31,341 nucleotides of DNA from a virus (Duplodnaviria > Caudoviricetes), in the IMG/VR virus record IMGVR_UViG_3300014775_000568, positions 1 through 31,341 of that record. The stretch is one strand, 5' to 3'. Of the stretch, positions 18,369 through 27,591 are shown one piece after another. Made by a program: the position numbers and the translations under genes. A model generated the notes under the pieces. The model saw nothing but the letters and a program-made list of their open reading frames with translations. It was not told the DNA's origin and made no database searches. How positions within the stretch are numbered: the stretch's first letter is position 1; each line of letters opens with the position of its first letter.

Positions 18369-21300
18369 ATGGCTAACGATAGAATTAAAGTACCTGGTTA
18401 CGCAAGAAGGATTTTTTTTAACGATAATATTGAATATCGTAATTTTAGTCCTGACTTAGTAGGATTCCAACTTACTAGTAAAGGGGGTACTACTCTATTC
18501 ACTAATGGTAATTTTACAATTTCAGTAAATTTAGACCCTAAACCCAATATTCTTTTTAAACAAGGGACAAATTCTAAATTTTATACATTAGACGATATAG
18601 CCAATACTAATGAGGAAACTATACAACAAAATGAAAAATTAAGGTTAAATATTGATTTAACCAATCCTTTAAGTTACATATGGTATGGTTCTGCTAAGGA
18701 ATATATAAGAGCCTCTTTATTACAATTACAAGAAAACTTCCCCGCAGCAATATATGTTGATACTAAGGTTGGTAGTGTTAGTGGAAATAATATTACTGAT
18801 TTCACATATGATATTTCTGCAGATGAATCAGTTTTTACTGTAAATAGTAAGTATTTTGTTAATCCATACAATATAAAATATACTTTAGATTCACAATATG
18901 TTGCATCTAATGATACTACTAACCCATTAAGGAATTTCACAGTTAATTATACATCATTTGTTATTGAACACAATGGTATAAAGAAGAATGTAAAAAGTAT
19001 AAGCGCTGCAACTCAAACTACAAATTCTGACTTAGTAATAACAGTAGAAGGGAATCCATTTCCTGAGTTAACAGGTATCTTTATACCTGAATTATCATTC
19101 TTATCAAGTGATTTAAGTGGTTCTATACCTTATTTTATAAAACCAAACGAAGAAGAAGTAGAAAAATTCTTCTCAGGTTTGGATGATTTACAAAGAAATA
19201 TATTAAATAGAGATATATACCCACTTTATACTTTTGAGTACATTACAACTCAATTTACAGACGATGGTGTAATATTAACAAGTAAGGAATTATTAACTTT
19301 CCCTGTTTTAGATGATGGATATAACTTAAATTTCTTTGATACATTTTATTTAGAATATTTAGATAATCTAACAATCATTGGTGAAAATTTAGATGAATCA
19401 TCAACTGATATTATCCTTAGAAAATATACGACAGAGGCGATAAGTAGTTTTGATACAATACCTAGAGGTGATGGACAAGACATAACCTTAAACGGTGAGA
19501 AAGCAACAAATTTACTTAGAATATATGGTGTTTCATTTGATGAGGTTAAAAAATATATAAATGGAATTAAATTTGCACACGTTGTAACGTATAATAAAAG
19601 AAATAATGTACCAGATTCTTTAGTTAAGGATTTGGCGTATATGTTAGGTTTAGACAAATTTAATTTTGTTGAAAGTGTAAATTATAATAAATTATTTTTA
19701 CCTACTGAGGGTGAGGGTTCTTTTAGTGGTTCACCTAAAAGTTTAAGTCAAAATGAAGTTGATATAGAACTTTATAGAAGGTTGATTTTGAACTTAGCTT
19801 GGACTTGGAAAAGTAAGGGTACTAGAAAAGCGATAGAATTTTTATTTAGATTTATTGGTGCACCTGAATCGTTAGTTAATTTTGACGAATACATTGTTAT
19901 GGTTGATAAACCATTGAATATAGAAGAGATTAAAAAACTTTTATATTTGTATACAGGTGAAGTTAATTTAGATAATATACCTTACGATGAAAATGGTTAT
20001 CCATTACCACCAATTAATGGTGAATTAGTTGTAACAGATTTTATAAATCCTGAAACAGGTGAATTAGTTGTAGATGGTACAACAGAAATGTATTTCCAAA
20101 AAGGAGGTGGTTGGTATAGAGAAACATATGGTTCTAATGTTGTAACTAATTTAATGGGTAATAACCCACACATCGGACCTTATGACGCAGGTAGTGAGTA
20201 TTTACACTATTTTAGTAGATGTTATGTACCTGGTTTTGATAATTCACCAACAGTAACTGTGAGTTCAGATACTATTTATCAAAATTATTTTGTTAATTAT
20301 AATTATGGTATTTTTAATGGTATATCTGATAGTTCTGATATATATACAACTCAATTAACGTTTAATTCTAATACAGGAAATTACCAACCAATAGACAATT
20401 GTATTGATGTTAATTATAGTATAATTGAAACTCCATTACAAAATGGTGGTAAAACAACATATCAACAACAATACGAACAAGCGGAACAGGCATATAATGA
20501 CTTTTTAGCACAGATACAAGTTAATAGTTATTTACAATATTCACCTGAATGGCAGGTTATAAAGAGTAATTTTGAAATTGCAAAGTACAATGTTAATAAT
20601 GAAGTTGCAACAGAAAATTGTGATATAAATAAAACATTGGAAATTTGTCTTAATGAATTAACACCAAATAATATAGAATATAGTTGTGAAAATTTAGAAT
20701 TAGTAGAGTGTAGTCCTTTTTTATATTATAAAAATTCTGATGGTATAAAAGTTTCTTTTGATGAATTTCCTACTTGTTGTGTGAATAATGGTGGTAGATA
20801 TGTTAATTATGTAAATGAATATGGTAGAACTACTGAATATTGTTCTAAACTAGCACCTTGTGTTGGTGAACCAGTAGAAATATTAACAAATGGTATTGTA
20901 GTATTTGAATTTACGAATAATACCGTACCGAGTAACATATATAGTATATTTGGACAATGTTATCAATTGACTAGTGATGGTGAAATACTTTTAGTAAAAT
21001 TAGGTATTACCGCTACTGAATATATTGATACATATTTAACTGACCCAAATAACATCCCATTAGATTTTAATCAATATTTCATTGAAGTTGATTGTAATGT
21101 AAGAACTTCCATTAGTAGTCCTGAGTGTTGTGCTTGGCATGGGTATGGTTATAGAATAATCGAAGAAGGTGGTAATAGTTTCATAGTTTGTACACAAGAT
21201 ATAATAGAAGGTGATATTATACCTGTTGGTGGTGAGTTATTAACTACACCTTATATTGATTTTGATGTGAATGATAGTTATTACAGTTTACAAAACCCAA

Positions 21301-24300
21301 TAGGTTCTGTTTATGAATATTATTCTACTGAAATATTTTGGGATTGTTTTAATGAATCTAGATTAATTAAAAATGTTGCGGTACAAACTAATGTACCCTA
21401 TAACCCAAATTCGGTATTACAAGATCCTACTTTAATGAATCCTGTGAATTGGGAAGTTAGTAGTATTGATGAATATGGAAGGGTTAGTTTTACACCAATA
21501 GTATATGATAATAATTTTGTATTAGATTGGTATAGTGACGAATTATTAAGTGATTTATATAAAAATGTTGCAGATTATTATGGTTATGATTTTGGAACAT
21601 TTACATTTGACTATAATAATAATGTTTTAATACCTTATAATGGTGATAGTCAATATACGATTAATCCAAACTCCACAATAACTGCGGCGGTAGATCCAAC
21701 TAGAGTTGGTTGTGATAATTTCAATAATGTTGCGGTTGTATTTGCAAGTGAAAAATGGCAAGGATTTACATTACCAGAAGTTAATGATTGTGAATGTAAA
21801 TTAGATTTCTCTTTTGATTATATGTTAAAATATGAAACTGAAAATCTAATTACTTGTTCTTCTAGACAAACTTGTTTTCCAGCATTTTTCTATGATAACT
21901 CATTAGAAAATATTAATTGTTTGGATTTTGTTGCATTTACGACAAATGAAGTAGATAGTCAAAATATACAGAATAGTTTTAACGATTTAGACAATAAAGA
22001 AGATGAATATGTTATTTGGCAAAATACAAATGTGATTGAACCAAATGTACAATGTTGTAATGCAATTGGTGGTAATGTTGTTTTACTAAATGAGTGGTTA
22101 ACCACACGTTCAACAAGTTTTAATAAAAACAAATTACTATATCAACAATTTAAAGCGTTAGATAATTTAATTGCAATTGATCCACTAGATGAAAACAACC
22201 CTATCAATGCACTTAATTTTAATTATGGGGTTATGTTCCAATATGTTGATACATATAAGGAAATTAAGGAACAAGTAGAATCATTAGTAGAGAATTGTTT
22301 TGTTGCTAACTTTACAATACAACCTTGTGATATAGATTATACACAATACATTACAACAGAAAATGTATGTTCATTAGATATACCAGTAGAATGTTATTTT
22401 TGGTCTTTCATTCTTAGTGACTATAAATCATTAAAGAATGGATTAGAAAACTTAATCTTACAATATCAAAATCTATGTGGTGATTTTACGATATATACAA
22501 ATGATTTAACTGTATATGAAGATAATATTAAAACAACTGTTAGTATAAATTCATTAAATGAACAAAAAGTAGAACAATTAAACTTAATTGAAAGTGAACA
22601 AATAGAATTAAGAAACTTACTTAATGATATAGAAACACAAATAGAACAAAAAAGTAGTGATAATATTGTTATACAAAACGCAACAAACCAAATGGATAAT
22701 CAATTAGATTGTTCTGTATATCAAACTAAGATAAAAGAAATTGATAATTTTGATTATGCTAGTTATTGTAATTCTAATATTGTACCTACTGGTAATAAAT
22801 TAACTGATAATCAATTATATAATAGTTGTGTTACTTCTAAAACATTAGAAAACGAAGAACTAAAGAAAACATATAATCAGTTATTAACTGAATGTAATAA
22901 TGTAAATACATTAAATGTTGCATTAACAAACGCTAAGTTTGAAAATAATACAGTATTAGTTAATGAGTTAGAAAATCAAATATTAGAATCTGAGAATAAA
23001 ATAAATGAATTAACTAATTATGTAACCAATGATATCAATTCTAACGAATCATTATTAAAATCCGATTTAGAGAAGAACGATATACAAAATACAATTAATA
23101 GAACTGCAGAACTATTAAATACTACCTCTGATAGTATAACAAATAGTAGTGGTGATTTAGTATTAACAGATACACAAAAGGTTCAATTAAATATTATCTA
23201 TGTTAGAAATCAATCACAAATAAACGAATTAAAGATTGAACAAGAAGAAAATCAAAGTCTACTTTTAACTAATATTCAAAAAAGTAAACAAATTACTTCT
23301 GATACTAACACAGAAAATGAAATACTATTAGCACAACTTAATGATCAAGGTGGTGGAACATTACCACCAGATCCAACTAGTAGAATTGGTTGTACATTAA
23401 CAGGTATTTTTACTGATCCAAATGTTGGGCAAGTACAAATACTTTCACAACCTGCAGATATTATGTGTGTAGATTTCTTCAATAATCCTGTTTGGATACC
23501 ATCAGGTTTCCTATCTAATGGGCAACAAGTATATAGAAGGGGATGTTGTGAAGGTGTATTACTTAACGATACAAACACAGGTGGTGATACTAATACTGGT
23601 GATGGTACAGTTAATGGTACTATTATATTAACATCAGGTGGTTCATCAACTACAACATCAACAGGAGTAGATTCAACAACAGGTGATACTGTTGATTTAG
23701 GAACTTGTTGTGATTCTAAAAAATTAGAAAAAATACAAATTGCATTAAATGATGTTGATACTAAGATAGTTGAGATTGAACAATATACTAGAACATGTTA
23801 TGATAATTGGTTTAACAATGTATTATACCCTAATTTTGTGACATACGAAGAAGAAAATGATAATAATTATTTAGACTTCATTGATGATTTAAAAATTAAC
23901 TTTAAATTATTTGTTGATAATAATGATATTGATATACAAAACAATATTGATACATCATTAACTTATTTACCATATACACAATCAATTAATCCAATATGGA
24001 CATTTAACCCCACAAGTGGTTATACAGGTATCTATTTAGAAGGTGATGAACAACAAGTCGCATTAATTGAAGATGCGATATTTACACAACTAGCAGAACA
24101 AAACATACCATTTACACCTGAATTGTTCACTAAAAATTGGAAAACATTTAAATTTACATTACCTGATTGTGTTTGTGATGATTTAAGAAGATTATATCCA
24201 AACAAACAATTCTATTTCTCTATTGAAGTTGATAATTATGAGTGTTCGGTTTGTTTATTAGTAGACAATATAAACGTAAACATTACAGATTGTAATAATA

Positions 24301-26438
24301 ATACTGAAGTTTCATTAAATAATTGTTTTATACCACAACTAAGTTGCGTTAAAGACAATAAGAAATCTTGGGTATACACAGATGGTGGTGTTATTAAAAC
24401 AACTGTCTACCCTGATGGTGAATGTAATACAGGATCTACAATATCTTATGAAACTATAAGATTACAAAACCCACAAGAAAGATTGTGGACTGATTTAGAA
24501 TATAGGTATACTGATTATGATGTTTACCATTCAGATTTAATTATAAATGTAAAAAATACAACATTCAGTATAGATCCTGCAAAGGCAATAGAATGTGATG
24601 TATTTGATTTTTGGAAAAATATTGATTGTGACAATTGTGATAAGAATTGTTCCGCAGACAACTATATTTTCCAATCTAGTCAGGATCAAATATTTATGGA
24701 TTCTGAAGATTATTTATTCCAAGATCAAACATCTTTACTACCTATTAAATTTAGTGGTGATGTTTCTTATACTGGTACATCACCAGATAGTTATGTTTTA
24801 CATTTTGATGATGTTACAACTAGTGGGTTAACATTTAGTTGTGACACATATACAGATATATTAAGAACACAAGTTATAAAACTTAAAAATGATTACTACA
24901 CATTAACAAGTGATTATACAGAATCAATAAATGCTAGTTATTATGACTTATTAGGTAAGGGTGGTAGTTTACCAAAATTCTTCATACAACAAAGTAATTG
25001 TGTTGGTGACATATTAGTTATTAATAACAATGAAGAATTAGATAATCTATTTGGTTTATTAGTAGAAGAAAGTGATGGTACTATTGGTTTCTATGAAACA
25101 TATATTTACACAGGTACATCTGTATATACTGGTGGTACATTAGAAGAGGTTATAAGTGGTGTAACCGCACAAACATTTAATCAAGGTAGTTCTGTTGATA
25201 AAACTTGTTGTGAATCATTAAATAAACTAATTAATAGTGGTGGTATTGATGGTTTAGGTTTAGATAAAAATTATCAATGGGATCCAGAATTAGAAATATG
25301 TAGTTGGAGAAGTTTAAGGGCGGATTCTAGTGATAATGATTGTCAATATTGTGGTACTGTTAGTGGTTGTACAGAAGAAGAAATTATATGTGTTAAACCA
25401 TTAGATTTCTTAGATGTATTACCATCAGAAATCAGTATTAAAGAAGTATTTGATACATTAGTTGTAAGTAATTTAATTGATGCGAAAAGTAGACAAACTA
25501 TTAGTGATTATCCGTTACTAAGACTATTCTATCAATTATACCTAAATGCAAATGGTTGTGGAAAAGATTTAACAGGTAGATTCACATATGATAATATGTT
25601 TGAATTTATGGATAAGATTGGTGATTATTGGTTGGATTTGATAGAAGAAGTTGTACCATCAACAACAATATGGGAAGGATGTGACAATTCTGGAAAAGTA
25701 TATAGAAATACTATTTTCGATCAAAACAAATACAAATATAGAAAATATAATATCAATTTCATTGATGTTGATACTGATTGTCCTTTAAGTGCATATACAG
25801 ATTATAGTGTAGGTTCTCAGACAATACATTCATTAGTAGAACAAGTACCAATTTACCCAACGAGTAATGAAATACAAAAACTTAAAAACGAATTAAGGGA
25901 TTTAGAATTACAGATATTATTAACACAAAGACAAATTGATGAATTGGATGGTAGAATTTGTGCATTACAATTACAGGATTTTGATGTTGTTGGTAATGAA
26001 CTAATTATTGGTGGTTTAGAAAACCAAAAAAGTAATTTGTTAAGTGTATTACAAAAAACCAATGATAAAATTTCTACTAAAACACAAGAACTTGAAGATT
26101 TAGAAAGTAATTTATTGAATAGTAATCAGGTTTATATGAATAACTATATGAGTTGTAGTGGTATAACTGAGACATTGACTAAGGCACAGGAAGATTTAGT
26201 TAAATATACACCAAATACAACTGAATATGAAAGACAAAGAAATTATATAGCATCATTGAAAAATGAATACAATAAATGTATAAGAAAATCTAATACATTG
26301 ATTAGTGATTATAATACAGTATTTATCACACAAAAATATGATTCAAATGAATATGAAGGAAATGTTACAATATTAGGTGATAGCGATTGGGAAGAAGGTG
26401 GACCTTTTTACAATAAGGAATTAATTCATAATTGTTAA
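18369..26438 (+). CDS. Giant (2689 aa) baseplate wedge-like protein (P2 gpI / T4 gp7-like core) with Cys-Cys modules and coiled coils
   Basis: LVKDLAYMLG...YRRLILNLAWTWKSKGTRKAIEFLFRFIG (about 19620-19860) resembles the gpI/gp7 KGT motif; six CC pairs; heptad-rich stretches at about 22550-23340 and 25870-26290. Confidence 0.65.
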   Translation: MANDRIKVPGYARRIFFNDNIEYRNFSPDLVGFQLTSKGGTTLFTNGNFTISVNLDPKPNILFKQGTNSKFYTLDDIANTNEETIQQNEKLRLNIDLTNPLSYIWYGSAKEYIRASLLQLQENFPAAIYVDTKVGSVSGNNITDFTYDISADESVFTVNSKYFVNPYNIKYTLDSQYVASNDTTNPLRNFTVNYTSFVIEHNGIKKNVKSISAATQTTNSDLVITVEGNPFPELTGIFIPELSFLSSDLSGSIPYFIKPNEEEVEKFFSGLDDLQRNILNRDIYPLYTFEYITTQFTDDGVILTSKELLTFPVLDDGYNLNFFDTFYLEYLDNLTIIGENLDESSTDIILRKYTTEAISSFDTIPRGDGQDITLNGEKATNLLRIYGVSFDEVKKYINGIKFAHVVTYNKRNNVPDSLVKDLAYMLGLDKFNFVESVNYNKLFLPTEGEGSFSGSPKSLSQNEVDIELYRRLILNLAWTWKSKGTRKAIEFLFRFIGAPESLVNFDEYIVMVDKPLNIEEIKKLLYLYTGEVNLDNIPYDENGYPLPPINGELVVTDFINPETGELVVDGTTEMYFQKGGGWYRETYGSNVVTNLMGNNPHIGPYDAGSEYLHYFSRCYVPGFDNSPTVTVSSDTIYQNYFVNYNYGIFNGISDSSDIYTTQLTFNSNTGNYQPIDNCIDVNYSIIETPLQNGGKTTYQQQYEQAEQAYNDFLAQIQVNSYLQYSPEWQVIKSNFEIAKYNVNNEVATENCDINKTLEICLNELTPNNIEYSCENLELVECSPFLYYKNSDGIKVSFDEFPTCCVNNGGRYVNYVNEYGRTTEYCSKLAPCVGEPVEILTNGIVVFEFTNNTVPSNIYSIFGQCYQLTSDGEILLVKLGITATEYIDTYLTDPNNIPLDFNQYFIEVDCNVRTSISSPECCAWHGYGYRIIEEGGNSFIVCTQDIIEGDIIPVGGELLTTPYIDFDVNDSYYSLQNPIGSVYEYYSTEIFWDCFNESRLIKNVAVQTNVPYNPNSVLQDPTLMNPVNWEVSSIDEYGRVSFTPIVYDNNFVLDWYSDELLSDLYKNVADYYGYDFGTFTFDYNNNVLIPYNGDSQYTINPNSTITAAVDPTRVGCDNFNNVAVVFASEKWQGFTLPEVNDCECKLDFSFDYMLKYETENLITCSSRQTCFPAFFYDNSLENINCLDFVAFTTNEVDSQNIQNSFNDLDNKEDEYVIWQNTNVIEPNVQCCNAIGGNVVLLNEWLTTRSTSFNKNKLLYQQFKALDNLIAIDPLDENNPINALNFNYGVMFQYVDTYKEIKEQVESLVENCFVANFTIQPCDIDYTQYITTENVCSLDIPVECYFWSFILSDYKSLKNGLENLILQYQNLCGDFTIYTNDLTVYEDNIKTTVSINSLNEQKVEQLNLIESEQIELRNLLNDIETQIEQKSSDNIVIQNATNQMDNQLDCSVYQTKIKEIDNFDYASYCNSNIVPTGNKLTDNQLYNSCVTSKTLENEELKKTYNQLLTECNNVNTLNVALTNAKFENNTVLVNELENQILESENKINELTNYVTNDINSNESLLKSDLEKNDIQNTINRTAELLNTTSDSITNSSGDLVLTDTQKVQLNIIYVRNQSQINELKIEQEENQSLLLTNIQKSKQITSDTNTENEILLAQLNDQGGGTLPPDPTSRIGCTLTGIFTDPNVGQVQILSQPADIMCVDFFNNPVWIPSGFLSNGQQVYRRGCCEGVLLNDTNTGGDTNTGDGTVNGTIILTSGGSSTTTSTGVDSTTGDTVDLGTCCDSKKLEKIQIALNDVDTKIVEIEQYTRTCYDNWFNNVLYPNFVTYEEENDNNYLDFIDDLKINFKLFVDNNDIDIQNNIDTSLTYLPYTQSINPIWTFNPTSGYTGIYLEGDEQQVALIEDAIFTQLAEQNIPFTPELFTKNWKTFKFTLPDCVCDDLRRLYPNKQFYFSIEVDNYECSVCLLVDNINVNITDCNNNTEVSLNNCFIPQLSCVKDNKKSWVYTDGGVIKTTVYPDGECNTGSTISYETIRLQNPQERLWTDLEYRYTDYDVYHSDLIINVKNTTFSIDPAKAIECDVFDFWKNIDCDNCDKNCSADNYIFQSSQDQIFMDSEDYLFQDQTSLLPIKFSGDVSYTGTSPDSYVLHFDDVTTSGLTFSCDTYTDILRTQVIKLKNDYYTLTSDYTESINASYYDLLGKGGSLPKFFIQQSNCVGDILVINNNEELDNLFGLLVEESDGTIGFYETYIYTGTSVYTGGTLEEVISGVTAQTFNQGSSVDKTCCESLNKLINSGGIDGLGLDKNYQWDPELEICSWRSLRADSSDNDCQYCGTVSGCTEEEIICVKPLDFLDVLPSEISIKEVFDTLVVSNLIDAKSRQTISDYPLLRLFYQLYLNANGCGKDLTGRFTYDNMFEFMDKIGDYWLDLIEEVVPSTTIWEGCDNSGKVYRNTIFDQNKYKYRKYNINFIDVDTDCPLSAYTDYSVGSQTIHSLVEQVPIYPTSNEIQKLKNELRDLELQILLTQRQIDELDGRICALQLQDFDVVGNELIIGGLENQKSNLLSVLQKTNDKISTKTQELEDLESNLLNSNQVYMNNYMSCSGITETLTKAQEDLVKYTPNTTEYERQRNYIASLKNEYNKCIRKSNTLISDYNTVFITQKYDSNEYEGNVTILGDSDWEEGGPFYNKELIHNC

Positions 26439-26458
26439 TCAATAAGTTTAAATGAAAG

Positions 26459-26466
26459 ATATTTAT
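26459..26466 (+). promoter_or_regulatory. ATATTTAT motif, candidate phage promoter
   Basis: Intergenic, 18 nt before ATG 26485. Confidence 0.5.
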
Positions 26467-26484
26467 TAAAAAACGAAAAATATT

Positions 26485-27591
26485 ATGGCAAAACAAAGAT
26501 TAACGGATAAAACATTAGCGAGTAGTGTAAGTGTAAATGATATAGTTCATATCGTTAAAACAGGTGACACATCACAAAATCCCGCAGGTTCATCATATAA
26601 AGCAACTATTTCACAAGTTGTAAGTACATTTACTGCAACTTCTGTTACTGCATTAACATTTAATAATATTAGTTATGATTTAACTTTAGGTTTAGATGAT
26701 GGTTCTTCATTTACTGATAATTTGGGTATTCTTGCATCAGATATAAAAGTAACTGGTGGTACATATAACTCTTCTACGGGTGAAATTAATTTTGTTAATA
26801 ATAGTGGAGGTACTTTTATTGTTAGTGGTATAACTTTTTCAGATACATTTGTAACGGGTGGTACTTATGATACTGGTACAGAATCTATTACTTTTAATAA
26901 TAATACAGGAGGAACTTTTGTTGTTTCTGGAATAAGTTCAACATTTACAGGAAATACATCAGGTACTTGTATTACAGATTTATATCTAACAAATTTATAT
27001 GGTTGTTCACCAATAAACATACAGAATGATACGATAATTAATGGTGGTTTAACTGGTACAAGTGGTTTATTTTCTTCGGCAACTGATAATGTATTAAATG
27101 TTGTTGGTTCAGGTAATAGTACAAGTAATCCGTTATTTAAAGTTGAAGGATCTAGTGGTGAATTATTCTCAATAACAGATACTTTAGAAGGTTCACTATT
27201 TTCTGTAAACGATATATCAGGATTACCTATAATAGATGTAAACTCTGATAGTACAATACAAATGGGTAGTATAACTGCACCATCATTGTTTACAACAGTA
27301 CTTACAACGGCAACGGGTGGTACTGAAAATATATATTCCTTACCGACATCAGCATACACAGGTGGATTCTTTGATTATACCTTAGTTGGTAATGGTGGTG
27401 CAAGAGCAGGAGTTATAACATCAATATGGAGTGGTACAACTACACAGTACCAAGATGTTTCCACAAATGACATTGGTTCATCAACTAGTGGTGTAACATT
27501 CGATGTTAGTGTTTCAGGTAACGATGCAATTTTATCTGTATCGGCAATAACAGGTACATATACAATTAAAACAATAGTTAGAAGTATATAA
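26485..27591 (+). CDS. Putative tail fibre / fibre-like appendage protein (368 aa, Ser/Thr/Gly-rich)
   Basis: N-terminal RLTDKTLASSVSVNDIVHIV...SYKATISQV resembles fibre attachment domains; internal 34-aa repeats; FKVEGSSGELFSITD...LFSVNDISGLP module; C-terminal beta-sandwich-like region. Confidence 0.65.
   Translation: MAKQRLTDKTLASSVSVNDIVHIVKTGDTSQNPAGSSYKATISQVVSTFTATSVTALTFNNISYDLTLGLDDGSSFTDNLGILASDIKVTGGTYNSSTGEINFVNNSGGTFIVSGITFSDTFVTGGTYDTGTESITFNNNTGGTFVVSGISSTFTGNTSGTCITDLYLTNLYGCSPINIQNDTIINGGLTGTSGLFSSATDNVLNVVGSGNSTSNPLFKVEGSSGELFSITDTLEGSLFSVNDISGLPIIDVNSDSTIQMGSITAPSLFTTVLTTATGGTENIYSLPTSAYTGGFFDYTLVGNGGARAGVITSIWSGTTTQYQDVSTNDIGSSTSGVTFDVSVSGNDAILSVSAITGTYTIKTIVRSI
26749..26937 (+). 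repeat. Two 102-nt (34-aa) protein repeats VTGGTY..S/T...I.F.NN.GGTF.VSGI
   Basis: Copies start at 26749 and 26851; DNA diverged, protein conserved; a degenerate third copy (VTALTF...) starts at 26644. Confidence 0.85.

Noticed and set aside
24595-24831. 78-aa alternative-frame + strand ORF inside the 2689-aa gene
   Set aside because: Leu/Ile-rich sequence typical of off-frame AT-rich DNA; no supporting signal.
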